Shown: piece after piece, positions 38,867 to 49,075 of the stretch
Layout: every line of letters begins with the position of its first letter
Numbering within the stretch: the stretch's first letter is position 1
NCBI GenBank assembly: GCA_963785235.1
Contig: CAWAUM010000005.1
Location: 384,001-448,000 of the forward strand
DNA from: an uncultured delta proteobacterium
Lineage (GTDB): Bacteria > Desulfobacterota > Desulfomonilia > UBA1062
Direction of reading: 5' to 3'
Length of the DNA: 64,000 nucleotides
Program-made: the position numbers and the translations under genes
Notes under the pieces: generated by a model
The model's database searches: none
Seen by the model: only the letters and a program-made list of their open reading frames with translations
Told to the model about the DNA's origin: nothing

Positions 38867-40330
38867 ATGAAGAAGATGCTTATCAATGCCATTCACCCGG
38901 AAGAGATAAGGGTGGCTGTTGTAGATGAAGGAATACTCAAGGAATTTTATATGGAGAGTGCCCTGAAGGAACAGCTTAAGGGTAATATCTATAAGGCCAG
39001 AATCTCAAAGGTCGAACACAGCCTGAACGCAGTGTTCGTGGATTACGGCCGGGAGAAGCACGGACTACTCTCAGCCGGCGATATCAACCCTTCCCTCATC
39101 CCCGGTTTGGATATGGAGAAAAATATCATGCATTCCCTGCATAAGGGTCTCGAGATCCTGGTACAGGTGATCCGCGAGGAAAAGGGGGCCAAAGGTGCCT
39201 TGCTTACCATGAACATTTCCCTGCCGGGCCGTTTCCTCGTTCTTCTCCCCCACCAGGACCTGGCCGGGATCTCCAGAAAAATCGATGACGAGAAGCAGCG
39301 TAAACGTCTGCGGGAGATTATCGAACAGCTCAAGCCGCCTGAGAACATGGGCATCATCGTGAGGACGGCCGGCATGGACAAGACCAAGGCTGAATTATCC
39401 CGTGACATGACATACATGAGCAGGCTTTGGAAGAGCATTGAGGATCAATTCAGCAAAGCCTCATGCCCGAGCTCCATCTACAAAGAGGGCGACATCATTA
39501 TCCGTACCATAAGGGACTACCTGAACACGGATACTACCGAAATCCTTATCGACGACGATGAGACCCTGGGTAGGGCAGCACTCTTCATGAAGGCTGTAAT
39601 GCCCAGGCAAAAAGGGATCATCAAGCCCTATAAGCAGAACAAGCCTCTGTTCACCAAATACGAGTTAGAGCAGCAGATCGAGGGCATATTCAACAAAAAG
39701 GTAAAGCTGAAGTCCGGCGGCACAATCATTATCGAGCCCGCCGAGGCAATGGTGGTTGTCGATGTAAACTCCGGCCAGTCTACACTTGGCAAGTCCATCG
39801 AGGAGACTGCCTTTGAGACTAACAAGGAAGCAGCTGCAGAAATAGCCCGCCAGCTTATACTGAGGGACCTGGGCGGACTCATTGTCATTGACTTTATTGA
39901 CATGCGCTCCAAGGAAAATATCAGAGGTGTTGAGAAGGCAATGCGCGATGGGATGAAGAATGACCGGGCGCACCTGGTTATAGGAAAGATCTCCAAGTTC
40001 GGGATACTGGAGCTTTCCCGCGAGAGACTCTCACCCCCCTTGCTGGAAAAGAGCCATGTCAAATGCCCAACCTGTGAAGGTGCCGGACTGATAAGATCTG
40101 TTGAATCCTCGGCCTTCATGTCACTTCGCGAGATCCAGCTTTACCTTTCAAGGAACAAGACAGCAAAGATCAGGGTGACCATGCCCGAAGAAGTCTGTCT
40201 GTACGTGCTCAACCAGCAGAAAAGGCACCTTATACGGCTCGAGCAGGAGTTTTCCACCGAGATTATCATAGTCACTTCCCCAACCCTGAAAATCGCTCAG
40301 ACCCAGATTGAAACGGTTGGAAATGAATAA
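38867..40330 (+). CDS. rng: Ribonuclease E/G family
   Basis: KGNIYK, FVDYG, KGA.LT..ISLPGRFLV, VDVNSG, LRDLGGLIVIDFIDM, CPTC; no long C-terminal scaffold. Confidence 0.92.
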   Translation: MKKMLINAIHPEEIRVAVVDEGILKEFYMESALKEQLKGNIYKARISKVEHSLNAVFVDYGREKHGLLSAGDINPSLIPGLDMEKNIMHSLHKGLEILVQVIREEKGAKGALLTMNISLPGRFLVLLPHQDLAGISRKIDDEKQRKRLREIIEQLKPPENMGIIVRTAGMDKTKAELSRDMTYMSRLWKSIEDQFSKASCPSSIYKEGDIIIRTIRDYLNTDTTEILIDDDETLGRAALFMKAVMPRQKGIIKPYKQNKPLFTKYELEQQIEGIFNKKVKLKSGGTIIIEPAEAMVVVDVNSGQSTLGKSIEETAFETNKEAAAEIARQLILRDLGGLIVIDFIDMRSKENIRGVEKAMRDGMKNDRAHLVIGKISKFGILELSRERLSPPLLEKSHVKCPTCEGAGLIRSVESSAFMSLREIQLYLSRNKTAKIRVTMPEEVCLYVLNQQKRHLIRLEQEFSTEIIIVTSPTLKIAQTQIETVGNE

Positions 40331-40349
40331 GACTGATCTGGTATCCTAT

Positions 40350-40385
40350 GGTGCCTGTTCAGGGAGGGTCTTCTGAACAGTCACC
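40350..40385. terminator. Stem-loop between convergent genes
   Basis: GGTGcCTGTTCAG-10 nt-CTGAACAGtCACC. Confidence 0.55.
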
Positions 40386-40410
40386 ATCCTGACCTATCGC
40401 TAGTGGTAAT

Positions 40411-41563
40411 CTATGACTTACCGAAGATCGAATGGGATTTGCATAACTCGTTGAACACCTGGAAGGCATTTCTCCTCTTCAGGCCCCGTATCATTACAAC
40501 GGTCTGAATGAGAGCCCATACCGCGTATACCAGCAGTATCTCTTCCCGTATGCCAGGGATCATAAACTGGATAATCCACAGCATGAACAGTGCGCTTGCC
40601 TCGAATAAGACGGAAGTCCATTTTCACAAGAACGAGAAAGCCCAGGTAGGACTGCACGATGGTAAGCAATATCTCAAGTTTCTGGTGCTCGTCGAAAACA
40701 ACAGGCTCTACCCTTCCCATACCCAGTGAATAGATAAAGGGAATCATTCCCACCAGGAGTGTCCACTGGTTGATGGAAGAGGAGATGAAATTAACCAGGG
40801 CCATGGGCGCCTTTTTGACTGTCCGTGCCCAGTGAAAGGCTGACAGTTTCTCGGGGAATTCGCTCAAGAAAGGAGCCACCCACTGGACAAAGACGAATTG
40901 CGAGATCCCGAAGGATGTGGCCAGGGCAAGCATGGAGTAGAGAAAGGGGTGGGCTGAATAATAGATTATGACCGCCCCGAGGATAAAAAGGCCGACAATG
41001 AGGATGATCGTAACCGGATATGACTGCCTCATGACAAATCTCGGGACATGTCCCAGGTCTTCTATTTCCTCCTCGTCCTGGGGAGGCATCTTTGAGAGCA
41101 AGTAAAGGTAGATGAAATAGATGACAATCAGGATAATCCCGTCAAATATGTTCAGCGTACCCTTGAAGTAAATTATCAGAAAATAAACAAGGGCCGGCAG
41201 GATCGACAGGATTGCAATGGAATGCTCGTCATCCAGTTCAATGGTGAATGACCCGGTGTTCGGACCTTTCAATTTTCTGAAGATCATTGCCACAAAGAAG
41301 ACCATGGGCCATCCCAGTCCGACAAAGAGCCGCAGAGACCCTGTATAGTTCGCCGTTATAAGGTGTACCTTGGCAGGGTCCTTAGCTGCTTCATAGGCGA
41401 TGACGGCCTCCACCGCGAATTCGGGCAGGGTCTGTATCCATGCAAGCACAGCCAGAGCAAGACCTTGTGAGATGAAGAACTGCCCGCATTCTGCAGCCCA
41501 GGCAATGAGCATGGCTGCGAGAACAATGGCAGGAAAGGTCCATAAGGCGGTATAAGGATCCAC
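40411..41563 (-). CDS. Sodium:calcium exchanger (CaCA) family membrane protein (frameshift near 3' end)
   Basis: Alpha repeats QTLPEFAVE..ANYTGS and PFLSEFPE..NFISSSINQWTLL; last TM helices (LFEASALFMLWIIQF..) lie in another frame after ~40608. Confidence 0.8.
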
Positions 41564-41761
41564 AATAATCTCGCTTTCAGTCGTATGATTGATCAATCGC
41601 CCTGGTCTAAGAACGGATAGATTGCTCTTTTTCAGGTCCAAGCGCCCAATAGCATAGAAAGGAACGGGAGTCCACAATGGGAGTGAACCAGAAGTTCAGA
41701 TGCTGATCCCATGGCGATAAGGCCGGCTTTCAGCTTGGGATGAAAGGATCATCAGCTCGGT

Positions 41762-42259
41762 CTACCTAGCCAGGTTCCAGACGTCAGTCTTGTCTTTGTA
41801 ATGGATTTTGAACAGCAGATTTCGTTTATCCAGGCTGACCTTCTTCGGCTGGTTCATATCGGGAGGGTACAGGATCTTGGGGCTGTCGACCTCGATGGTC
41901 CTCATGAAAGCGTCCAAGATGACATGATCTTTGAAGAGCTCCAGTGTCTTTGTGCCGTTCTTGTACAAAGAGAGTCGAAAGTTGTTTGTCACTAACTTCT
42001 TGTGGAGCGCGGTGCTGAATCCCATTATCTTGCCCTTTTTCATGAACAGAGTCTCTGCACTGATGTTCAATGAGTAGGCCCCGATGTTCTCGGTAAGATT
42101 TATGTTTTTGGCATACGGCCCAAGTATTGTGAGCCGACTTGGAGCCTTAGAAAATTTGGCGTCAGACTCCGTATCCCTGCTGGAGAGAGAGTACAGAACG
42201 GCACACAATATACCGACCAGCAGAAGACCGAGTATGATGTATTTGATTTCTCTCTTCAT
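41762..42259 (-). CDS. Hypothetical basic protein with N-terminal membrane anchor
   Basis: 165 aa ORF, N-terminal TM, beta-rich body; 59 bp downstream of the FN3 lipoprotein gene. Confidence 0.7.
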   Translation of the reverse strand: MKREIKYIILGLLLVGILCAVLYSLSSRDTESDAKFSKAPSRLTILGPYAKNINLTENIGAYSLNISAETLFMKKGKIMGFSTALHKKLVTNNFRLSLYKNGTKTLELFKDHVILDAFMRTIEVDSPKILYPPDMNQPKKVSLDKRNLLFKIHYKDKTDVWNLAR

Positions 42260-42268
42260 CGAATTGCA

Positions 42269-42302
42269 TGAGCGGGGGGCTGCATAGCTCAGCCCCCGCT
42301 CA
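42269..42302. terminator. GC-rich hairpin after FN3 lipoprotein gene
   Basis: TGAGCGGGGG(g)CTG-catagct-CAGCCCCCGCTCA. Confidence 0.55.
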
Positions 42303-42318
42303 GTTGTGCATAGCTTAA

Positions 42319-45300
42319 TCAGGGCATTTCGGGCAAGAGCTTAATGTCTTGGCCATACCATGGGACGAGATCTCTCTCAGTTATCCAAAAGTAGTTTCCG
42401 GAACCGTGTTTGAGCAACTCGTTTAATACTGGAGCACGCATCTCTACGCCCACGGAATCCGTGAATATCGCACATGTACCTGCTGGCATAGTTGTTCCGT
42501 TTGCCCAATCCCATACGCCGCAACCGGCAGTGAGGTTGCTGTTTCCGCTAATGTAACAGTTGATGGAAAAACCTGCATGCCCTTCCAGATCATCGTTCCC
42601 ATACTCCATAAGCATACCAAAAGTTGATGACCAGTATATGCCTGAAGGGACATGGGTGCTCTCAATTGAGAGGTATACGTTGTTGCTTGCATCCCGCGCG
42701 ATCTTATATGTGCATGTTCCAAGGGTATAGAACACATTTACGCCGTCCCAGTCGCCCGACAAGCCGTCAATGTTGATCGCGGCTTCAGGAATGGGGAAGG
42801 TTTCCATGAAATCTTCCCAGATGATATCCGAGATATTGGAGAGATACAGCTCCGGGGTGCTGCACAGGATGTAGGGATAGTATTCAGCATCTTCCAGAAG
42901 GGCAGTAACCTCCAGGATCACATCCCTTGGGGTCTTTTCAACATCTGCGCCTGAGCCGAACAGTCTGAATGCGGTGATCGCCGAGGCAGCACTGTCAGGG
43001 CAGAAATGGTCGAGATAGATATCGAACGTCTCCTTCAGATAGTAGAGATCATCCTCATCAGAAGCATTTACATACTCTGATTTCGTCATTACTGCCCTGG
43101 GAAAAACAAGCTGTGAGGAAGTCCCGTTCATGCATGCCATGGCGCTTACCATCCCCTGGTCCCGCACTAGTTCGGCCATAGCCATGGTTGCATCGCCGTC
43201 GAGGTTGAATGCGTTGTTGTACCTGTCACGCTTCTGCTCGTCCGTCAGGCCTGCTATGTCAGTCACTGCAGATCCGTAGAAGTTAAAGGCGGTCTGGAGG
43301 GTAGATCTGAACTGGGCGAGTTTGGATGAATCGGACCTATCCTTGTAGGTCAGGAGGGTTGGATTGTTGTTGAGGACCTGCAACCATGCGGATTTCAGCA
43401 AGTCTTCATAGTCCTCGACATCGGGTTTGTTCGTATAGAGATTGCGGATATCGTAGGTGACGTTGTTGTAGCTGATGTTGAAATTCGTGATGGTGAGGTT
43501 CAGCGACTGCAGATAGACGAAGTAGGCCTTCGCGAGATTTACCATGCACCTGAGGATCTTGACGTCGATGGAGTCGACATTTACCGTGTAAAGAGGCCCA
43601 TAACTGATGGTCTCATTTATGCCGTTGGCCTCGGCCAGGAGAGCATCCACACGTGCAAACCTGTCCTCGGTCTCCAGGAACAGGGCCTGACTGTCCGAGT
43701 CATAGAGTCTTGGGTCATGCTTGAAGTACGTGTCCACAATGCTGTTTATGTCATACAGGGACTCGAGCTGTTCGAAATTCGTATCGAACCCGATCGTCGG
43801 GAGCCCGGCATCCGCAATAATCTGCCTCGTCTTGGGGCTGTTGTAGATGTCAAGAAGCTCTCCCATGGCCTTGTACAGTTTGGCCTCATTTGTGTCACCC
43901 GCTGCCGCAATGGCATTCATCAGGATATCATAGTTCGACTGAGTGGGGTCGCTCATGAACTGCATGAACAGATCCGGTATGCCTCCCGAGTATACAGTGG
44001 TAAATGACCACGGAGGGTAATCTGATGCCAGTGGATTGCTGGCCATATCCTTTATACCTGATGTGCCTGATTTTATAGTGACTCTGTATGAGGTCCCATA
44101 TGTAAGGGCTGGATCGGGGGTGAATACTACCGTAGCGCCGTTGCAGGTTATGGTGCCGGGTATGAGATTAATGCCAGAGGTCCCCACAGAAACAGCAAAG
44201 TTTAAACCGGTGACTGTCGAAGGATCGACGCTCTCGCTGAAGGTTGTAATGATCGGAGCACTGGTGGCTACATTGAAGGCATTGGATGGGGGAGATACGT
44301 AGATAACAGTGAAGGGTGTAGACTGCGTGATGGCGCAGGACTGTGCTCCCTGGATGCTCTGAGCCGACCAGTTTGCGGCAGCATCTCTAGCCCTTACAGT
44401 ATAACAGTATTGTGTAGAGGCACTGAGGCCTGTGTCTGTAGTCGATGTCCCGGTAACCTGCTTCAGTAATATACCACCCCTGTATAGCTCATAAGCAGTC
44501 ACCCCGATATTGTCTGTCGATGGGCTCCAGCTCAGATTTATCTGGTTTGACGATGCTGCCGTTGCTATGACGCTTCCCGGAACAGTAGGTGCTTGATTGT
44601 CTACTTCAAAAGTGGTGGCGCAGGACTGGGCCCCCTGGGTGCTCTGGGCCGACCAGTTCCCTGTAGCATCCCCCGCGCTTACGGTATAGCAGTATTGCGT
44701 CAAGGCGCTGAGCCCTGTGTCGGTTGTCGATGTCCCCGCAACCTGCTTCAGAAATACTCCACCCTTATATAGCCTATACCCAGTCACACCTGTATTGTCT
44801 GCCGATGCACTCCAGCTCAGATTGATCTGGCTTGACGATACTGCCGTTGCTGTAACGCTTCCCGGGACAGTAGGTGCCTGTGAATCTGCAAGCGTGGTGG
44901 CGCATGACTGAATGCTCTGTGTGGACCAGTTCCCTGCTGAATCGCTGGCACTCACGGTATAGCAGTATTGTGTCGAGGCGCTGAGGCCTGCATCTGAATA
45001 CGTCGTTCCTGTAAGGGTATTGGTTATTTGCGTCCCATTGCGGTATATCCGGTAAGCCGTTACTCTAGTATTATCGCTCGATGCACTCCAACTCAAATTT
45101 ATCTGGCTCAAAGATACTGCCGTTGCTGTAACGCTTCCCGGGATTGTCGGTGCCTGCGTATCACCCGTGCTCCCCGCTGCCAGAGTTGTGGCGCATGACT
45201 GGGTGCTCTGTGCTGACCAGTTTCCTTTAGCATCACCGGCGCTTACGGTATAACAGTATTGTGTCGAGGCGCTGAGGCCCGTATCTGAATACGAAGTCCC

Positions 45301-45831
45301 TGTAACGGAATTTGTTAGTTGCGTACCATTGCGGTATATGCGGTAAGCTGTTACTCCAGCATTGTCGGTGGATGCAAGCCAGCTCAAATTTATCTGGCTT
45401 GATGATGCAGCCGTTGCAACAGAGCTTCCAGGGACTGTTGGCGCTTGCGTATCTCCGCTACTATCCGGGTAATTCGGGGTAATGGAACCCAAAGTAATGT
45501 GTGCCCCTTCTTGAGCTGTAAAAGTATTTCTGTAAAGGGTTTCATTTCCCATGGTTATGGTAATCGTATGTTCACCGGGGGCAACTTTGGCTGAGAATTC
45601 ACCCCACTGATTGGTTGTAACTACGACAGGATCACTCGTGATGGTAACGGTTGCCCCTGATATAGGATTTTTATTGCTGTCAAGGATCTTGCCGGTAACA
45701 CTGATGGTAGTTAGTTCCTCGGGGGTAACAGAAGAACTACCACCTCCCCCACCACCACAGCCCGCAATAAACATGACAAGAGAAAGAATGATCAATGTCA
45801 AATTTATCTTGTAGAACCAGGTTTTACACAT
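42319..45831 (-). CDS. Large surface lipoprotein: carboxypeptidase-regulatory-like domain, 4 FN3 repeats, Big_5/SbsA Ig domain, unknown C-terminal half
   Basis: Lipobox IAGC+GGGGGG; four DxQAPTVPG..INLSW..DNxGV..YCYTV.A.D..GNWS repeats; FSESVDPSTV..FTP..L..GTSY Ig motif. Confidence 0.85.
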   Translation of the reverse strand: MCKTWFYKINLTLIILSLVMFIAGCGGGGGGSSSVTPEELTTISVTGKILDSNKNPISGATVTITSDPVVVTTNQWGEFSAKVAPGEHTITITMGNETLYRNTFTAQEGAHITLGSITPNYPDSSGDTQAPTVPGSSVATAASSSQINLSWLASTDNAGVTAYRIYRNGTQLTNSVTGTSYSDTGLSASTQYCYTVSAGDAKGNWSAQSTQSCATTLAAGSTGDTQAPTIPGSVTATAVSLSQINLSWSASSDNTRVTAYRIYRNGTQITNTLTGTTYSDAGLSASTQYCYTVSASDSAGNWSTQSIQSCATTLADSQAPTVPGSVTATAVSSSQINLSWSASADNTGVTGYRLYKGGVFLKQVAGTSTTDTGLSALTQYCYTVSAGDATGNWSAQSTQGAQSCATTFEVDNQAPTVPGSVIATAASSNQINLSWSPSTDNIGVTAYELYRGGILLKQVTGTSTTDTGLSASTQYCYTVRARDAAANWSAQSIQGAQSCAITQSTPFTVIYVSPPSNAFNVATSAPIITTFSESVDPSTVTGLNFAVSVGTSGINLIPGTITCNGATVVFTPDPALTYGTSYRVTIKSGTSGIKDMASNPLASDYPPWSFTTVYSGGIPDLFMQFMSDPTQSNYDILMNAIAAAGDTNEAKLYKAMGELLDIYNSPKTRQIIADAGLPTIGFDTNFEQLESLYDINSIVDTYFKHDPRLYDSDSQALFLETEDRFARVDALLAEANGINETISYGPLYTVNVDSIDVKILRCMVNLAKAYFVYLQSLNLTITNFNISYNNVTYDIRNLYTNKPDVEDYEDLLKSAWLQVLNNNPTLLTYKDRSDSSKLAQFRSTLQTAFNFYGSAVTDIAGLTDEQKRDRYNNAFNLDGDATMAMAELVRDQGMVSAMACMNGTSSQLVFPRAVMTKSEYVNASDEDDLYYLKETFDIYLDHFCPDSAASAITAFRLFGSGADVEKTPRDVILEVTALLEDAEYYPYILCSTPELYLSNISDIIWEDFMETFPIPEAAINIDGLSGDWDGVNVFYTLGTCTYKIARDASNNVYLSIESTHVPSGIYWSSTFGMLMEYGNDDLEGHAGFSINCYISGNSNLTAGCGVWDWANGTTMPAGTCAIFTDSVGVEMRAPVLNELLKHGSGNYFWITERDLVPWYGQDIKLLPEMP

Positions 45832-45945
45832 TACTAATTCCCCCCCTCCGAATAAAATATACATTTCCGAGTTCTTTTTTTACTATTTCTAATCTTCTCT
45901 ATTAGGAAGACAATTAACCTAATAGAAATCCCATTTTATATTATA

Positions 45946-45961
45946 AGCAATGTCAATGCCA
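45946..45961 (-). promoter_or_regulatory. sigma54 (-24/-12) promoter candidate
   Basis: - strand TGGCATTGACATTGCT = GG-N10-GC; ~115 bp upstream of the FN3 lipoprotein start. Confidence 0.6.
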
Positions 45962-46172
45962 TTTGACAAGTATTAGAATTAATGTCCCTTTGTCATATTT
46001 CCCTGCGAGATTTATTATAATAAATGGAAACATTTTCTATAGATATGGAATAGTATGTTAATTCAATAGTGATAGATAAACCCGCACGGGAGGTCTTTCT
46101 CTTGTCTGGATGTGATACTACGAGGTGGAGCTATTTGGAGCAAAGAATCAAATAGAAGATACTTCAAAAAAA

Positions 46173-46247
46173 TGGTGGGCCGCACAGGGATTGAACCTGT
46201 GACTTCTACCGTGTGAAGGTAGCGCTCTCCCGCTGAGCTAGCGGCCC
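46173..46247 (-). tRNA. tRNA-Val (anticodon CAC)
   Basis: GGGCCGCTAGCTCAGCGGGAGAGCGCTACCTT-CAC-ACGGTAGAAGTCACAGGTTCAATCCCTGTGCGGCCCACCA; full cloverleaf, encoded CCA, TTGACA-17-TATAGA upstream. Confidence 0.97.
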
Positions 46248-46397
46248 GAGCCATTGCGAGAATCTATACAATCCGGTCTGATACCTGTCAAGATGAAAAC
46301 AAGCTCTGATGACCAAGGAATGAGGCATTTACCGGAGGTTAAGCATCTATCATCTTTGACTTTATGGAACAGATGCCAGACCCAAAAGTTAAACTCA

Positions 46398-48329
46398 TTA
46401 CTCCATGGGTATGGAAAAGAAAAAAACCGACCCCTGACCCAGTTTTGTTTTTACCCAGATGTCCCCACCCATCACGGCCAAGGCCTTTTTCACAATGGCA
46501 AGCCCGATGCCTGTGCCTTCCACATGGTTGTCTGATGCCCGGTAAAAGATGTCGAAGATATTGCTCGTATGTTCTTCAGATATCCCTGATCCATTATCCT
46601 TTACGGAAAAGATATGCATCTTGGTCTGAGGCTGGTATCCGATAAGGATCTCCAGATTTCTGCCAGGATGCGAATATTTTATGGCATTTGAAATGAGATT
46701 GCTGAAAACCTGTATCACCCGGATCTTGTCCGCTTTTACACAGGGCATTGTATTTTCAATAACAATGGTTCCGTTCTTCTCATCAAGCTGATTGGTGATC
46801 TCCATGATGATGTCATCAATGATCTCTTGGATTGAGAACTCTTCTTTCTTGAGTTTAAGGTTCTCAACTGCAGAGAGGGTGAGGAGGTTCGTGACAAATG
46901 ACTCCATGTGTTTACCGCTTTCGTGAATAGCTTCAATATATTGTATTTCCTTTTCGGATAACTTCTTCAATCCGGTCTTCATGAATCGTTCACAGAAGCC
47001 GTTGATGGCGATAATGGGGTTCTTGAGGTCATGCGATACAGTGGAAACCAGGGTCCTGAGTTCCTCATTGCGCTGACGGATGAGGTTGAGTGCATCTTTG
47101 AGTTCCTCAGTGGTCTTGGAAACCTCTTGGAACAGCAGGATGTTTTCCATAACAGTGCCCATATGCACACCGATGGTAATGAGTAACCGCTCATCTTCGG
47201 GCGAAATGGTGCGCTGGCCAAAGGAACCGATGTTCATTACGCCGATAAGGCGGCTTCTGGACTGGAGAGGTATGGACGCAAACGATCTTATGCCCTGCTT
47301 TTTAAATGCAGTGGAGCTGATGCGCCGGTCTAAAGAGGCATTTTCTATAATAATGGGATTGCCGCTTTGGGCAACCCGACCCGCAATACCCTCTCCAATC
47401 TTGAGTTCCTTTACGGTCTGTATGACCTCTTCGGAGATACCATATGCATATGCACATCGTAATACTTTTTTCTTGTCATCAAGCAGATAAACTAGCCCTG
47501 CTTCGATGTTCATGATCTGCAGCACCTGTACAAGGGTATTCTGTAGCACTTCGTTGAGGTCTACTGAGGAGGAGAGTGTCTTGGATATGCTGTTGACGGC
47601 AGAGAGGTCCTGGTTCTGACGAAGGAGCCTCTTCTGCAGGAGCACCTTTTCAGTCACGTCACGGAGCATGGCAATGGAGGTTCCGGGCCTGTCTTCTATA
47701 AAATGGAAATTGCCCTCAAGTATCTTCTGGCCACCTTTGATGTTCATTACTATTTGAGTAAAAAATTGTTTGGCGAATTTTTTCCTTAAATTTGCAAGGT
47801 CATTTTTTCCTTTATCATCCACAAAGTCAAATATAGCCTTGCCGAGGATATCATCCTGGCCCATTTCGATAATGGAGGCGAAGGCAGGATTTGCAAAGGT
47901 AATGAAACCATGATTCAGGATGAGGATGGCATCAGGTGCATCTTCAATAAGCTTGCTGTATCTGCCTTCACGGGCCAAACTCCCGCTTACGAAATCGGCG
48001 AGAAGCACGAAGAGAGAGTTCAGCCTGTATCCGGTGACGTTTATAAAACCTGATACCCGCACCCGCGGCGAGCTAAAGGTCTCTACAATGAGAGAGAAGG
48101 GTTTGTTTGTTTCAATAAGTTTCTTGAGATTACTCTCAAGCCTGTCATCAACAAGGAATTTGTGGATCAGTTCATACAGCGATTTGCCTACAAAAGGCAG
48201 TTCCGAGGGATCAATATTTGATTCCAAGAGCTTGTTTATGAAAATAACCGTTCCGCTTGCGTCAAAGGCACACACAGCGATTGGTGCTGCATCGAAGACA
48301 GCCTTTACCTGGTCGTAATATATATTCAT
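46398..48329 (-). CDS. PAS-PAS-GAF sensor histidine kinase
   Basis: PAS motifs, GAF (GEGIAGRVA), SHDLKNP, NLISNAIKY, DNGSG, GTGIGL. Confidence 0.92.
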   Translation of the reverse strand: MNIYYDQVKAVFDAAPIAVCAFDASGTVIFINKLLESNIDPSELPFVGKSLYELIHKFLVDDRLESNLKKLIETNKPFSLIVETFSSPRVRVSGFINVTGYRLNSLFVLLADFVSGSLAREGRYSKLIEDAPDAILILNHGFITFANPAFASIIEMGQDDILGKAIFDFVDDKGKNDLANLRKKFAKQFFTQIVMNIKGGQKILEGNFHFIEDRPGTSIAMLRDVTEKVLLQKRLLRQNQDLSAVNSISKTLSSSVDLNEVLQNTLVQVLQIMNIEAGLVYLLDDKKKVLRCAYAYGISEEVIQTVKELKIGEGIAGRVAQSGNPIIIENASLDRRISSTAFKKQGIRSFASIPLQSRSRLIGVMNIGSFGQRTISPEDERLLITIGVHMGTVMENILLFQEVSKTTEELKDALNLIRQRNEELRTLVSTVSHDLKNPIIAINGFCERFMKTGLKKLSEKEIQYIEAIHESGKHMESFVTNLLTLSAVENLKLKKEEFSIQEIIDDIIMEITNQLDEKNGTIVIENTMPCVKADKIRVIQVFSNLISNAIKYSHPGRNLEILIGYQPQTKMHIFSVKDNGSGISEEHTSNIFDIFYRASDNHVEGTGIGLAIVKKALAVMGGDIWVKTKLGQGSVFFFSIPME

Positions 48330-48955
48330 GACTTTCCTTCTATATCCAGGTATTCGCCAGGGTTAAGGATCCGGACATCACACGAGCAAAGTCCGGCAAA
48401 TTCTTCAGCATCCTTTCTGGAACCTACAATGTCGCCATAGTGGATGGGAATTGCATATATTGTCCTGATGTCTCTGATGGCCTCACTCGCATCTTTCGCA
48501 TCCATGGTATAGGTGCCCCCCACAGGCACAAAAACGACATCAACGACAAGGCCCTTCATTTCAGGGATCCTGTCTGTATCACCTGGATGATAGATCTTAA
48601 TTCCACCTATTGTTATAATATACCCTACCCAGCCATTGGCCTTGGGATGGAAGGCCTTTCTCTGATTATATGCAGGAATTGCCTGCATGGATACATCTTT
48701 TATAATCATTGTGTTACCCGGCTTTATCCGATCGGTAACAAGCGGGGCGGACATGGGTGCTACAACACGGGTAGAGGACTCAGAGACTACTGTAAGATCA
48801 GCTTGAGAATAGTGATCATAGTGATCATGGGTGAGGAGTATAATATCCGCATGCGGGGAATGCTTGTCAATTTTCCACGGGTCAATGTAAATAGTAATGG
48901 AGGGGCTTGTTATCTTAACACTTGCGTGACCAAGCCAGGTTAACCGTATGGTCAT
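48326..48955 (-). CDS. MBL-fold metallo-hydrolase
   Basis: WLGHAS, IDP, THDHYDH, YHPGDT, PVGG.YTM, PIHY. Confidence 0.9.
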   Translation of the reverse strand: MTIRLTWLGHASVKITSPSITIYIDPWKIDKHSPHADIILLTHDHYDHYSQADLTVVSESSTRVVAPMSAPLVTDRIKPGNTMIIKDVSMQAIPAYNQRKAFHPKANGWVGYIITIGGIKIYHPGDTDRIPEMKGLVVDVVFVPVGGTYTMDAKDASEAIRDIRTIYAIPIHYGDIVGSRKDAEEFAGLCSCDVRILNPGEYLDIEGKS

Positions 48956-49075
48956 TGAGCTCCTTCTGATTAAAGATAAACAATCAAAATAATCATTCAA
49001 AAACTTTTTTCATAATACAAAAGCTTAGCGTATGTTTCAATGGGTATTTCTGAATTTACACGTATCAGGTCTTTC

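Noticed and set aside
41564-41761. Possible riboswitch (fluoride or Mn type) upstream of the CaCA antiporter
   Set aside because: Some pairing potential and a GCTGATGA word, but the required consensus elements are absent
44330-45450. FN3 near-duplicates as a DGR template/variable pair
   Set aside because: All copies are in-frame domains; no reverse transcriptase and no evident adenine-specific mismatch pattern
40331-46247. Integrative island or prophage at tRNA-Val
   Set aside because: No integrase and no duplicate of the tRNA 3' end found by eye
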